Origin: Candidatus Zixiibacteriota bacterium
GTDB lineage: Bacteria > RBG-13-66-14 > B26-G2 > WVWN01
Assembly (NCBI GenBank): GCA_050117845.1
Contig: JASFLY010000004.1
Location: 1-64,000, forward strand
DNA: 64,000 nt
Direction of reading: 5' to 3'
Positions 39,371 through 48,859 of the stretch are shown here, in pieces (the stretch's first letter is position 1; every line of letters begins with the position of its first letter). The position numbers and the translations under genes were made by a program. The notes below the pieces were generated by a model. It worked only from the letters and a program-made list of their open reading frames with translations. It was not told where the DNA came from and made no database searches.

Positions 39371-40981
39371 ATGAGAAGGACGTTAGGGATACTGCTTCTG
39401 GCCGCCTGGGCGGCGGCGGCGTGGGCGCTGCCGGCCGAGTGGTTGGTGTTGTCGCCGTTGCAGGTTTCGCCGGCGGCCGAGGGGCTTTTTTACCTCGGGC
39501 CGGCGTCGGGAGGGTTTCTCTATAACGGATCCGAGGAGGGCCTGACGGCCGTCTCACCGTACCGCGTACTCGACCGGGGCGCCGGGGCCAAGGATTACTA
39601 CATCGTCTGGGCGCCGGAATGGGTGACCGTGGAGGCCGAGGCCTTCGCGCACCTGGGCACGGCCGTACGCCTCTCGGACGACGAAATACTGGTGGGCCTC
39701 GAGCGCGACTACGGCCCGGACGACCTCCGCGCCGTCGAACGCCGGATCGAGCTGATACGGCTCGCGCCGGCACAGTTGCGCGAATGCCGAACCGACGCGG
39801 GGACGCCCCCGACGGAGAAGGACCCCGAAATCGAGGCCGCCGTAAATACCATATCCGCCGCGGAATTCACCTCCTATATCCAGATGCTCCTGGACGTCCA
39901 GACGCGGTACACGCCTTCGGAAGGTTACGTCCACTCCACGGACGTCGTGGCAAGTTTCTTCAAGGCGCAGGGTCTGGAAGTGACGCTCTTCCCGTTCGAT
40001 TACCGCGGCCTGACTTACTATAACGTCATCGGCGAGAGCCGCGGAACCTTGGCGCCGGACGAGGTCGTGGTTATATGCGGCCATCTCGACTCCATCTCCG
40101 AGCAGGAGTACCGCGAGGTGTTAGCGCCGGGCGCCGACGACAACGCCTCCGGCGTCGCGGTCGTTATGACGGCGGCCCGGGCGTTTCGCGAACTCGAATT
40201 CGACCGGACCGTGCGTTATTGCGCCTTCGGCGGCGAGGAACAGGGGCTTTACGGCAGCTTGGCCTACGCGACCCACTGCTCGAGTAACGGCGACGATATA
40301 ATCGCCGCGATGAACTCCGACATGGTGGCGTACGACGAGGAGAACGGCGCCCGGGACGACTTCAGCCTGGCGTACGACTCCCACGGTTGGTTGGGCGATT
40401 ACTTGAGCGCCGTCGGCGGCCTGTACGGCAACAACCTCATCTACGATCATTACGAGTTCAGCGCCAGCGACCATCGCAGTTTCTGGGCCTACGGTTACCC
40501 GGCCATCGCCGCTATCGAAGGCCGTTCGGGAACGGGGGGAACGACCGGTTACCCCTACTACCACACTATCGAGGATACGCTCGACAAGTTGAGCCCGGAC
40601 CTGGGGGCCCGCTTCGCGCGCGACTTCGCGGCGACGCTGGCGCACCTGGCCGACGCGCCCGTTACGGGGATCGAGGAGGGGCCGGCCTCGGCGCGGGGCA
40701 CGGTACCCTCCGCGCATGAGGCCTTGCGGGTATATCCCAACCCGTGGCACGCCGGCGCGAGCCCGTCGCTGCGGTTCGAGGGGTTGTCGGCGCCCGCCAC
40801 GGTTTCGGTGTACGACCTGACGGGTCGGCGCGTGGCCCGCTGGGCCGTTCCTGCGGGGACGGACGGGTGCTCCTGGCGGCCGACCTCGGCCGACGGTGAA
40901 GCGCTCCCCACCGGCGTTTACCTGTACCGCGTGTCGGGTGAAGGCCGGGAGGAGGCCGGGAAAATCGCGATACTAAAGTAG
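39371..40981 (+). CDS. M28 metallopeptidase B, no propeller insert, T9SS/FlgD-like tail
   Basis: CGHLDS, GADDNASG, GEEQG, NSDM, YHTIED; VYPNP tail. Confidence 0.85.
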   Translation: MRRTLGILLLAAWAAAAWALPAEWLVLSPLQVSPAAEGLFYLGPASGGFLYNGSEEGLTAVSPYRVLDRGAGAKDYYIVWAPEWVTVEAEAFAHLGTAVRLSDDEILVGLERDYGPDDLRAVERRIELIRLAPAQLRECRTDAGTPPTEKDPEIEAAVNTISAAEFTSYIQMLLDVQTRYTPSEGYVHSTDVVASFFKAQGLEVTLFPFDYRGLTYYNVIGESRGTLAPDEVVVICGHLDSISEQEYREVLAPGADDNASGVAVVMTAARAFRELEFDRTVRYCAFGGEEQGLYGSLAYATHCSSNGDDIIAAMNSDMVAYDEENGARDDFSLAYDSHGWLGDYLSAVGGLYGNNLIYDHYEFSASDHRSFWAYGYPAIAAIEGRSGTGGTTGYPYYHTIEDTLDKLSPDLGARFARDFAATLAHLADAPVTGIEEGPASARGTVPSAHEALRVYPNPWHAGASPSLRFEGLSAPATVSVYDLTGRRVARWAVPAGTDGCSWRPTSADGEALPTGVYLYRVSGEGREEAGKIAILK

Positions 40982-41015
40982 ACAATATTGCATTATTGCC
41001 GAAGTATTCGACTGC

Positions 41016-41045
41016 GGCCGCCCTTCGGGGCGGCCCTTTATTTTT
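41016..41045 (+). terminator. Intrinsic terminator
   Basis: ggccgccc-ttcg-gggcggcc followed by a T-rich tail. Confidence 0.75.
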
Positions 41046-41102
41046 GGGTCTTGACGTGGCGCTTTAAATAAGGTTAAATATTTAATAAGGAGGTTGGATG
41101 TC

Positions 41103-43628
41103 ATGAGGCAGGGAATACTCACGGCCGCTTTGACCGCGTCCCTCGCGACGGCGGCCTTAGGCTTGCCCGGCGACCTCGTCGTCTTATCGGATACGGAGAT
41201 AAGGCCGAACGAGGCGGCGGGCCTTTTTTATTTAGGACAGGGCGGCGGCGGGTACCTGTACAACGGCTCGGCCGCGGCTCTCGGGGCCGTGTCGCCCTAC
41301 CGCATCCTTGACCGCGACGCCGAGGCCAGGGACTACTACGTCGTGTGGGCGCCGGAAGGGGTTGACCTCCGGCCGGAGGCCTTCGCGTACCTCGGCGCGG
41401 CGGTCCGCCTCTCTGATTACGAAATACTCGTGGGGCTGGAGCGCGGCCTGGGCGCCGGGGCCATCCGCGCCGTCGAACGTCGCGTCGAGTTGTACAAGCT
41501 CGCGCCCGTGACGCCGGTGGACTTCAAGGTCGACGCCGAGGAACCGCCGGCGGAGAAGGACCCCCGCATCGAGGCCGCGGTCAATACCCTGACCGCCGAC
41601 GAGTACGCGGGGTATATCCGGACGCTCCAGAGTTTCCGGACGCGTTATTCGAACACGACGGGTTGTGACGCGGCCAGCTATTACTTAAGGAATTTTTTCG
41701 CGTTGCAGAACCTGGACGCATCCTTATTCGAGTTCGCGTGCGTCGGATTCGAAGACTGCTACTACCCCGAAGCCGGGAAGAATATCTACGTCGTGACAAA
41801 ACCCTGGGCGTTAACGCGCTCTCGCGACTCGGGTGGAACGTGGGAAACCATAAACCCCGGGTGCTTGAGTTATATTGACCGATTATCCTGGGTTAACGCC
41901 GACGAAGGGTTCGCCATCGGCGCCGGTAATGTGCTGGCTATAACCGCGGACGGCGGCGACACGTGGGAAAAATTGGAAGTAGCGTATAGCGGGGGCGGGA
42001 GGGAGTATCACTGGAGGGATGTATGCTTCGTTTCCGCCGATGAAGGGTGGCTGGCGGGTATATCACTCCGTTTGCCGGAATATTCCGACCCGCGGCCCGA
42101 ACTGGTCCGGACGACGGACGGGGGGAGGACCTGGCGCGCCTCCGCGCCGGCGGAAGAGGCCGACATCTATACCATCCGCTTTTACGATTCCGACCACGGT
42201 TGGGCCGCCGAGTTCAAGGCGCCGACCAGCCCGGGAAAGATCTTTTATACCGACGACGCCGGCGAGACGTGGCGGGAGTGCACCCGGCCGGCGGCGGATA
42301 CGTCGGTTTGGGACCTGGCGGCGGTGGGGCAGGCCGAGGCCTGGGCGGCGGATTCGACGAATGACCTCCTGCACACTACCGACGGCGTAACGTGGGAGTA
42401 CGTGGCCACGGGGGCGACCGGCGGTTTGCGCCAGGTAGAATTCCCCGACCGCCTACACGGGTACGCCCTACACGCGACGTTGGTTGCTACGGCCGACGGC
42501 GGTGATACGTGGCGGACGGCAACCGCTTTACCCGAAACCTATTATTCGGCGTTGGCGTTCGCGGACAAGGACCACGGCGTTATCGGTGATCCGGAAGGGG
42601 AGTACCTCCTCCGGACTGACGACGGCGCGCAAAGTTTCGAAGATATTAAAGGCGATATGGACTTGAGTTGCGAGAACGTCGTCGGCGAGCGGCGGGGGAC
42701 CGAGAGGCCGGACGAGGTAGTAATAATCGGCGGCCATTACGATTCGATATCGGGCTTCCCCCTGGACCTCGCGCCCGGGGCGGAGGACAACGCCTCCGGA
42801 ACGGCGTGCGCCATGGCCGCGGCCCGGGCCTTCCGCAACGTCAGCTTCGAGCGGACCATACGCTTTATGGCCTTCGGCGACGAGGAGAACGGCTGCAACG
42901 GCAGTTATGCCTACGCGGCCGAGTGCGCCGGGAAAGGCGAGAACGTCGTCGCGGTCCTGAACGCCGATATGGTTTCGTACGACGAGGAGGGGGGAGAAAG
43001 GGACGACTTATCGGTGGCTTGTAGCGCCGATGTGTGGTTGTACGAATACCTCGTACGAACGGGAGCGTTATACGGAAACGGCCTTATATACGATAATTAC
43101 GAGTGGGGTGCCAGCGATCACCGTCGTTTTTGGGATTTTAGGTATCCGGCTTTGGGAGTTATAGAAGGTTCGGAAGGGCAAGGCGGCGTGTCGAGGTACC
43201 CGTACGTTCACACGACCGAAGATACGTTCGATAAAGTGGACCCGGCGTTCGGCGTCCGTTGCGCCCGCGACCTGGCGGCCATGCTGGCCCATCTGGCGGG
43301 TGTGGCCGGGACCTTCCCCGACCCGCCGGGCCCCGGCCACGGGACCGTCCCCTTCGCCCGACCCTTCGCCGTATACCCGAATCCGTACTGCTATGCTTCG
43401 ACGACCTCGACGGGCGTGACTTTCGTGGGGCTCAAGACTCCCGCGAAGGTGGAGGTATACGATCTGGCGGGCCGGCGCGTGGCCCGCTGGGGCGTGGCCG
43501 CCGGGACCGACGAGTGCGCGTGGTGCCCCGCGGGTTCGGGCGAGGGCGCCCTCGCCCCGGGCGTTTACGTCTACCGCGTCGAGGGCGTGGAGCAAGAGAA
43601 AAGCGGGAAAATCGTTATCGCGAGATAG
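41103..43628 (+). CDS. M28 metallopeptidase C with propeller insert and T9SS/FlgD-like tail
   Basis: GGHYDS, GAEDNASG, GDEENG; ATG 41103 after aaggagg; TTGACG upstream at 41051. Confidence 0.85.
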   Translation: MRQGILTAALTASLATAALGLPGDLVVLSDTEIRPNEAAGLFYLGQGGGGYLYNGSAAALGAVSPYRILDRDAEARDYYVVWAPEGVDLRPEAFAYLGAAVRLSDYEILVGLERGLGAGAIRAVERRVELYKLAPVTPVDFKVDAEEPPAEKDPRIEAAVNTLTADEYAGYIRTLQSFRTRYSNTTGCDAASYYLRNFFALQNLDASLFEFACVGFEDCYYPEAGKNIYVVTKPWALTRSRDSGGTWETINPGCLSYIDRLSWVNADEGFAIGAGNVLAITADGGDTWEKLEVAYSGGGREYHWRDVCFVSADEGWLAGISLRLPEYSDPRPELVRTTDGGRTWRASAPAEEADIYTIRFYDSDHGWAAEFKAPTSPGKIFYTDDAGETWRECTRPAADTSVWDLAAVGQAEAWAADSTNDLLHTTDGVTWEYVATGATGGLRQVEFPDRLHGYALHATLVATADGGDTWRTATALPETYYSALAFADKDHGVIGDPEGEYLLRTDDGAQSFEDIKGDMDLSCENVVGERRGTERPDEVVIIGGHYDSISGFPLDLAPGAEDNASGTACAMAAARAFRNVSFERTIRFMAFGDEENGCNGSYAYAAECAGKGENVVAVLNADMVSYDEEGGERDDLSVACSADVWLYEYLVRTGALYGNGLIYDNYEWGASDHRRFWDFRYPALGVIEGSEGQGGVSRYPYVHTTEDTFDKVDPAFGVRCARDLAAMLAHLAGVAGTFPDPPGPGHGTVPFARPFAVYPNPYCYASTTSTGVTFVGLKTPAKVEVYDLAGRRVARWGVAAGTDECAWCPAGSGEGALAPGVYVYRVEGVEQEKSGKIVIAR
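43431..43628 (+). repeat. 198-bp near-identical repeat, copy 1 (copy 2 at 48638-48835)
   Basis: 3' ends of genes C and E; about 4 mismatches by eye. Confidence 0.85.
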
Positions 43629-43655
43629 CGTTTATATAAAGAATAAGGAGAGGAT

Positions 43656-46199
43656 ATGAATAGGATAATTATCGCCGCGGCGGCGATAGCTACCGCCGCC
43701 GTTTCGGCTTACGCTTTATCCGGCGACCTCGTCGTCCTGTCCGACAAAGAAGTCCAGCCGAACGACGCCGCCGGCCTGTACTACCTCGGCGCCTGTTCGG
43801 CGGGTTATTTGTACAACGGCTCCGCGGCCACCCTCGGGGCGGCTTCCCCCTATCGGGTGCTGGGCGAAGGCGCCCGGGGCAAACACTATTTCCTCATATC
43901 TCTACCGAACCGGTCGACGTTGACGCGGGCCGATATGGAAACCGTCGGCCTGGTACAGCCCCTCGCCGACGACTACCTCCTGGCTGTCGCGGACCCCGGG
44001 GCCGTCGGCCTGCTACTCGCGTTGGAGCCAGGGCTGCGCGTCCGGGAACTCCGGCCCACGGCGCGGATGGATTGGAAGGTCGACGCCGAGGAGCCCCCGA
44101 CCCGGAAGAACGCCACCGTCGAGGCCGCCGTCAACTCCATTACGGCGGAGGAGTACGCCGGATACATCGCCAAACTCCAGTCCTACGGGACGCGCTATTC
44201 CTTTACGCCGCAGTTAGAGGGCGCCCGGAACTGGCTCCGCAATTGGTACGCGGCGCAGAATCTGAACGCCGACTGGCACGCCTTCGAGTGTGGCCGCTAC
44301 CGTAAGGCCCATTACCCCGAGGCCGGCGGCAACGTCTACCTGGACGATTACCATTGCATGGTCCGCCGCTCCTCGGACGGCGGCGCCACCTGGGATATCC
44401 TCCGCCCGAGATACGGGACCGCCGGTTGGTATTATAACGCGCCGTCGTGTTGGTGGTTCGACAACGACAACGGCATATTCGCCGGCGTCGACAGTTACGT
44501 CGGCCTCACGGCGGACGCCGGCGACTCCTGGCGGTTCGTCCAATATGACGTTCCCCCGGCCGAGGGTTACATACTGCTCCGCGGCCTGGCGTTCCCTGCG
44601 CCCGATACGGGGTGGATAAGCTACTCGAAAAACGTACGGGTCGGCCCCGGTTCCTATGAAGTAACTTATTTCTTGAAGAAAACGGAGGACGGCGGCCGGA
44701 GTTGGCGCGAGGCGGAATGGGATATTCCGGCTTTTACGCGCCTGACTTCATACGACGCACGACGGATATGGGTCTTTTATAATGCCGTCGGGAGCGCGAC
44801 GCCGCGTGGTTTTTATTCCGCTGACGGCGGCGAGAACTGGACGGAATACGTCGTTACCATGGGATACTCCGAGTACTTCTACGACGCCGCGGCGGTAGGG
44901 CCGCGGGAGGCCTGGGGCGTTACCACCGAAGGCCGGGTCTTCCACACAACGAACGGCGCGGATTGGCAGGAGGTGGATACCGGGTACGCCGGGACCTTCC
45001 TACAGGTGGAGTTCCCGACGCCGACGACGGGCTACGTCGCCGGTACTCCCGTACTCAAGACCGAGGACGGCGGCGAGACCTGGACCCGCGTCAACGGCTT
45101 ACCCGATTTCGAGTGTCGCAATATGTCCTTCGCCGACGGCCGGCACGGCCTTGTCTCCGACTACTACGGCGACGACGTCTATCTCACGGACGACGGCGGG
45201 GAGACCTGGACCGACGTATCGCCGGGCCTCAACGCCCCGGAGTACAACGTCGTCGCGGAACGCCGGGGAACCGAGCGGCCCGACGAAATCGTAATAATCG
45301 GCGGCCACCACGATTCCATCTCCGACGCCCGGCCCTGGGACTGCCCCGGCGCGGAGGACAACGCTTCCGGGGCGGCGGTCGCGATGGCGGCGGCGCGGGC
45401 CTTCCGCAACGTCAACTTCAAGCGGACCGTGCGCTTCATGGGCTTCGGCGACGAGGAGGCTTACCTCCTCGGCAGCGAGGCCTACGCCAACGAGTGCGCC
45501 GAGAAGGGCGAAAACATAGTCGCCGTCCTGAACGCCGACATGGTTAGTTACGACGAGGAGAACGGCGCCCGCGACGACCTGATGGTCGGGGCTCCGAACG
45601 ACGCGGCGTGGCTGGTCGAGTATCTTAACGCCGTCGCCGGCCTCTACGGACAGAACCTTATCTACGACTGGGACGCCGATTGGGTCAGCGACGACTGGTC
45701 GTTCATCAACGCCGGTTATCCGGCGATTGGAGTCATCGAGGGCGACGTCGGCGAGGGCGGAGGCCAGGAATATCCCTGGTACCACACCACCGAGGATACG
45801 CTGGACAAGATCCAGCCCGAGTTCGGCGCCCGGTGCGCCCGCGACCTGGCGGCCATGGCGGCCCACCTGGCGGGCGTGGCCGGGACTTTCCCGGACCCGC
45901 CGGGCCCCGGCGGGGCCGCGGTCCCCTTCGCCCGGGCCTTCGCCGTCTACCCCAACCCGTATTGCTACGCGTCGGCCGACTCGGCCGTGGCCTTCGTGGG
46001 TCTCAAGACGCCGGCGCAGGTGGAGATATACGACCTGGCGGGCCGCCGCGTGGCCCGGTGGGACGTGGCCGCCGGGACCGACGAGTATTCGTGGCGGCCG
46101 GCGACGGCCGGCGGCGGGGCCCTCGCGGCCGGCGTCTACCTCTACCACGTATCGGGCGAGGGTCAGGAGGAAACGGGTAAAATCGCGATATTGAAGTAG
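43656..46199 (+). CDS. M28 metallopeptidase D with propeller insert and T9SS/FlgD-like tail
   Basis: GGHHDS, GAEDNASG, GDEEAY, YHTTED. Confidence 0.85.
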   Translation: MNRIIIAAAAIATAAVSAYALSGDLVVLSDKEVQPNDAAGLYYLGACSAGYLYNGSAATLGAASPYRVLGEGARGKHYFLISLPNRSTLTRADMETVGLVQPLADDYLLAVADPGAVGLLLALEPGLRVRELRPTARMDWKVDAEEPPTRKNATVEAAVNSITAEEYAGYIAKLQSYGTRYSFTPQLEGARNWLRNWYAAQNLNADWHAFECGRYRKAHYPEAGGNVYLDDYHCMVRRSSDGGATWDILRPRYGTAGWYYNAPSCWWFDNDNGIFAGVDSYVGLTADAGDSWRFVQYDVPPAEGYILLRGLAFPAPDTGWISYSKNVRVGPGSYEVTYFLKKTEDGGRSWREAEWDIPAFTRLTSYDARRIWVFYNAVGSATPRGFYSADGGENWTEYVVTMGYSEYFYDAAAVGPREAWGVTTEGRVFHTTNGADWQEVDTGYAGTFLQVEFPTPTTGYVAGTPVLKTEDGGETWTRVNGLPDFECRNMSFADGRHGLVSDYYGDDVYLTDDGGETWTDVSPGLNAPEYNVVAERRGTERPDEIVIIGGHHDSISDARPWDCPGAEDNASGAAVAMAAARAFRNVNFKRTVRFMGFGDEEAYLLGSEAYANECAEKGENIVAVLNADMVSYDEENGARDDLMVGAPNDAAWLVEYLNAVAGLYGQNLIYDWDADWVSDDWSFINAGYPAIGVIEGDVGEGGGQEYPWYHTTEDTLDKIQPEFGARCARDLAAMAAHLAGVAGTFPDPPGPGGAAVPFARAFAVYPNPYCYASADSAVAFVGLKTPAQVEIYDLAGRRVARWDVAAGTDEYSWRPATAGGGALAAGVYLYHVSGEGQEETGKIAILK
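46026..46186 (+). repeat. 161-bp near-identical repeat, copy 1 (copy 2 at 51230-51390)
   Basis: 3' ends of genes D and F; about 3 mismatches by eye. Confidence 0.85.
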
Positions 46200-46321
46200 A
46201 CGACGTGGCGCTTTTCCCGATGAGTTTAACGAGGGCCGTCCCCGCGGGCGGCCCTTATGCATCGGGTCTTGACGGGGCCCTTTTATTGGGGTTAAAATAT
46301 GTACGAAGGAGGTCGGATGTC

Positions 46322-48835
46322 TTGAGAAGGGGAATACTCTCGGCCGCCGTGATCGCGTCCCTCGCGACGGCGGCGTTAGCTTTACCCGGCGACCTCGTGG
46401 TTTTATCCGAAAGAGAGATAAGGCCGAGCGAGGCGGCGGGGTTATATTACCTCGGCGTCTGTTCGGCGGGTTATTTGTACAGCGGCTCCGCGGCGGCGCT
46501 GGGGGCCGTGTCGCCGTATAGCATCCTGGAACGGGACGCCGAGCTAAAAGATTACTACGTCGTGTGGGCGCCGGAATGGGTGGGCGTTACGCCGGAGGCC
46601 TTCGCGCCTCTTGGAACGGCGGTACGCCTCTCGGATGACGAAATACTCGTGGGGCTGGAGCGGGGCCCGGGCGCCGGGGCCATCCGCGCCGTCGAGCATC
46701 GCGTCGAACTCCGCCACCTTACGCCGATAACGCCGATAGATTTTGAAATCGACGCCGAGGAGCCGCCGACCGAGAAGGACCCCCGGGTCGAGGCCGCGGT
46801 TAACACCATAACGGCGGAGGAGTACGCAGGGTATATTCGCACGTTGCAGGATTTCGGGACGCGCTATACTGACTTGAAAGGTTTCGAATACGCCCGGGAT
46901 TACCTGAAGGCGTTTTTTAGGACGCAAAACCTCTACGTGTCGGCGTTCCCGTTCGAGTACAATACTTTTAGGGACGTTACGTACGCGGCGCCTTCGGGTA
47001 AAATTTACGCGTTGACGTTCGCGGTCACCGTGCACCGTTCGGCCGACGGCGGCGGGAATTGGGACGTGGTAGCGCCGGACGGCGTTATTAACGCGATGGA
47101 TTTCTTTTGGGTGGACGGCGAAATAGGCTTCGTGGCCGGGCATTATAATAACAATTTATCGAAGACGCGGGACGGCGGTCAAAGCTGGGAAACGGTGGAA
47201 ATTTACGCCGGCGTTCCTAATCAAGTGTATTACGTTTCCGACATGCATTTCCCGAACGCGGATTCGGGTTGGCTCGCCGGTTACGTCGCGAAGACGGGCC
47301 AACAAGGTATGCGGGGTTATATAATGAAAACCGATGACGGCGGCGCGAATTGGGTAGAGCAACCCCTACCTACCGAGGCCGTGATCACGTCCCTGGATTT
47401 TTACGACGGCCTGCACGGTTGGGCCGGGGGCAAGGACGGTGGTATCGTATACACCGACAACGGCGGCTCGACCTGGTACGAGGCGAGTTCGCCGCCGGCG
47501 GCCGAGATTAAGGATATCGCGGCGATAGGTGTGCGCGAAGCGTGGGCCGCCACGGACGCGGGAGAGTTGTTGCATACGGCGGACGGCGTGACCTGGATTA
47601 AGGTCGACCCCGGCGTAGAAGGTTATTTTTATCAGGTCGAGTTCCCTACGTCCCGTAACGGTTACGCTGGCGGCAACAAGTTAATGATTACCCGGGACCG
47701 CGGGGAAACGTGGCGGGAAATCGACGGCGCGCCGGAGATGACCTACGACTTCATCTCTTTCGCGGGTGAAAACGACGGCGTATTCGCGGACGAGACGGCG
47801 GATAATATATTCGTAACCGACGACGGCGGCGGGAGTTTCGCCGATATCCGGAGTAATATGCGGTTGCACTCGGAGAACGTAATCGGCGAATCACCGGGGA
47901 CGATTTCGCCGGACGAAATCGTCGTTATCGGCGGCCATTTCGATTCGCTCGCGATCCCCGGCATATCCCAAGCGCCCGGGGCTGACGATAACGCTTCCGG
48001 TACGGCGTGCGTTATGGCCGCGGCTCGCGCTTTAAAGGATTACAAGTTCGAGAGGACGATCCGGTACGTTACTTTCGGCGCCGAGGAACTCGGCCTAAAA
48101 GGTAGTGTCGCGTACGCGGACTATTGCGCGGAACGCGGAGAGAATATCGTAGCGGTCCTCAACGCCGATATGGTTTCCTACGACGAGGAGAACGGCGGCC
48201 GGGACGACCTGACGGTCGGCGCTCCCGACGACGACGCATGGCTGGTCGAATACCTGGGCGCCGTCGGCGGCCTCTACGGCCAGAATCTTATCTACGACTG
48301 GGACGGCACAGGGGTCAGCGACGACTGGCCGTTCGCCGACGTCGGCTATCCCGCGCTGGGCGTTATCGAGGGCGAAGTCGGCGAGGGTGGAAGCCAGGGG
48401 TACCCCTGGTACCACACGACCGAGGATACGCTGGACAAGATTCAGCCCGAGTTCGGCGCTCGGTGCGCCCGCGACCTCGCTGCGACGGTAGCCCACCTCG
48501 CTGGCGTCAGCGATACCCTCTTCGAACCCACTCCCCCGGGTCACGAGGCCGTGGGGCCCTTCGCCCGGGCTTTCGCCGTCTACCCGAACCCCTACTGCTA
48601 TGCGTCCACGGCCTCCGCGGGCGTGACCTTCGTCGGCCTCAAGACTCCCGCGAAGGTGGAGGTATACGATCTGGCGGGCCGGCGCGTGGCCCGCTGGGAC
48701 GTGGCCGCCGGGACCGACGAGTGCGCGTGGTGCCCCGCGGGTTCGGGCGAGGGAGCCCTCGCCCCGGGCGTTTACGTCTACCGCGTCGAGGGCGTGGAGC
48801 AGGAGAAAAGCGGGAAAATCGTTATCGCGAGGTAG
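46322..48835 (+). CDS. M28 metallopeptidase E with propeller insert and T9SS/FlgD-like tail
   Basis: TTG start at 46322 in the same aaggaggtyggatgtc context as gene C; GGHFDS, GADDNASG, GAEELG. Confidence 0.85.
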   Translation: MRRGILSAAVIASLATAALALPGDLVVLSEREIRPSEAAGLYYLGVCSAGYLYSGSAAALGAVSPYSILERDAELKDYYVVWAPEWVGVTPEAFAPLGTAVRLSDDEILVGLERGPGAGAIRAVEHRVELRHLTPITPIDFEIDAEEPPTEKDPRVEAAVNTITAEEYAGYIRTLQDFGTRYTDLKGFEYARDYLKAFFRTQNLYVSAFPFEYNTFRDVTYAAPSGKIYALTFAVTVHRSADGGGNWDVVAPDGVINAMDFFWVDGEIGFVAGHYNNNLSKTRDGGQSWETVEIYAGVPNQVYYVSDMHFPNADSGWLAGYVAKTGQQGMRGYIMKTDDGGANWVEQPLPTEAVITSLDFYDGLHGWAGGKDGGIVYTDNGGSTWYEASSPPAAEIKDIAAIGVREAWAATDAGELLHTADGVTWIKVDPGVEGYFYQVEFPTSRNGYAGGNKLMITRDRGETWREIDGAPEMTYDFISFAGENDGVFADETADNIFVTDDGGGSFADIRSNMRLHSENVIGESPGTISPDEIVVIGGHFDSLAIPGISQAPGADDNASGTACVMAAARALKDYKFERTIRYVTFGAEELGLKGSVAYADYCAERGENIVAVLNADMVSYDEENGGRDDLTVGAPDDDAWLVEYLGAVGGLYGQNLIYDWDGTGVSDDWPFADVGYPALGVIEGEVGEGGSQGYPWYHTTEDTLDKIQPEFGARCARDLAATVAHLAGVSDTLFEPTPPGHEAVGPFARAFAVYPNPYCYASTASAGVTFVGLKTPAKVEVYDLAGRRVARWDVAAGTDECAWCPAGSGEGALAPGVYVYRVEGVEQEKSGKIVIAR

Positions 48836-48859
48836 CGTTTAAATATTCAAGGAGAGGAT

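Noticed and set aside
22409..46255. agggccg(c/t)cc..gggcggccct hairpins at 22409, 41016 and 46232 as a mobile REP/MITE family
   Set aside because: All sit just after stop codons and are adequately explained as similar intrinsic terminators.
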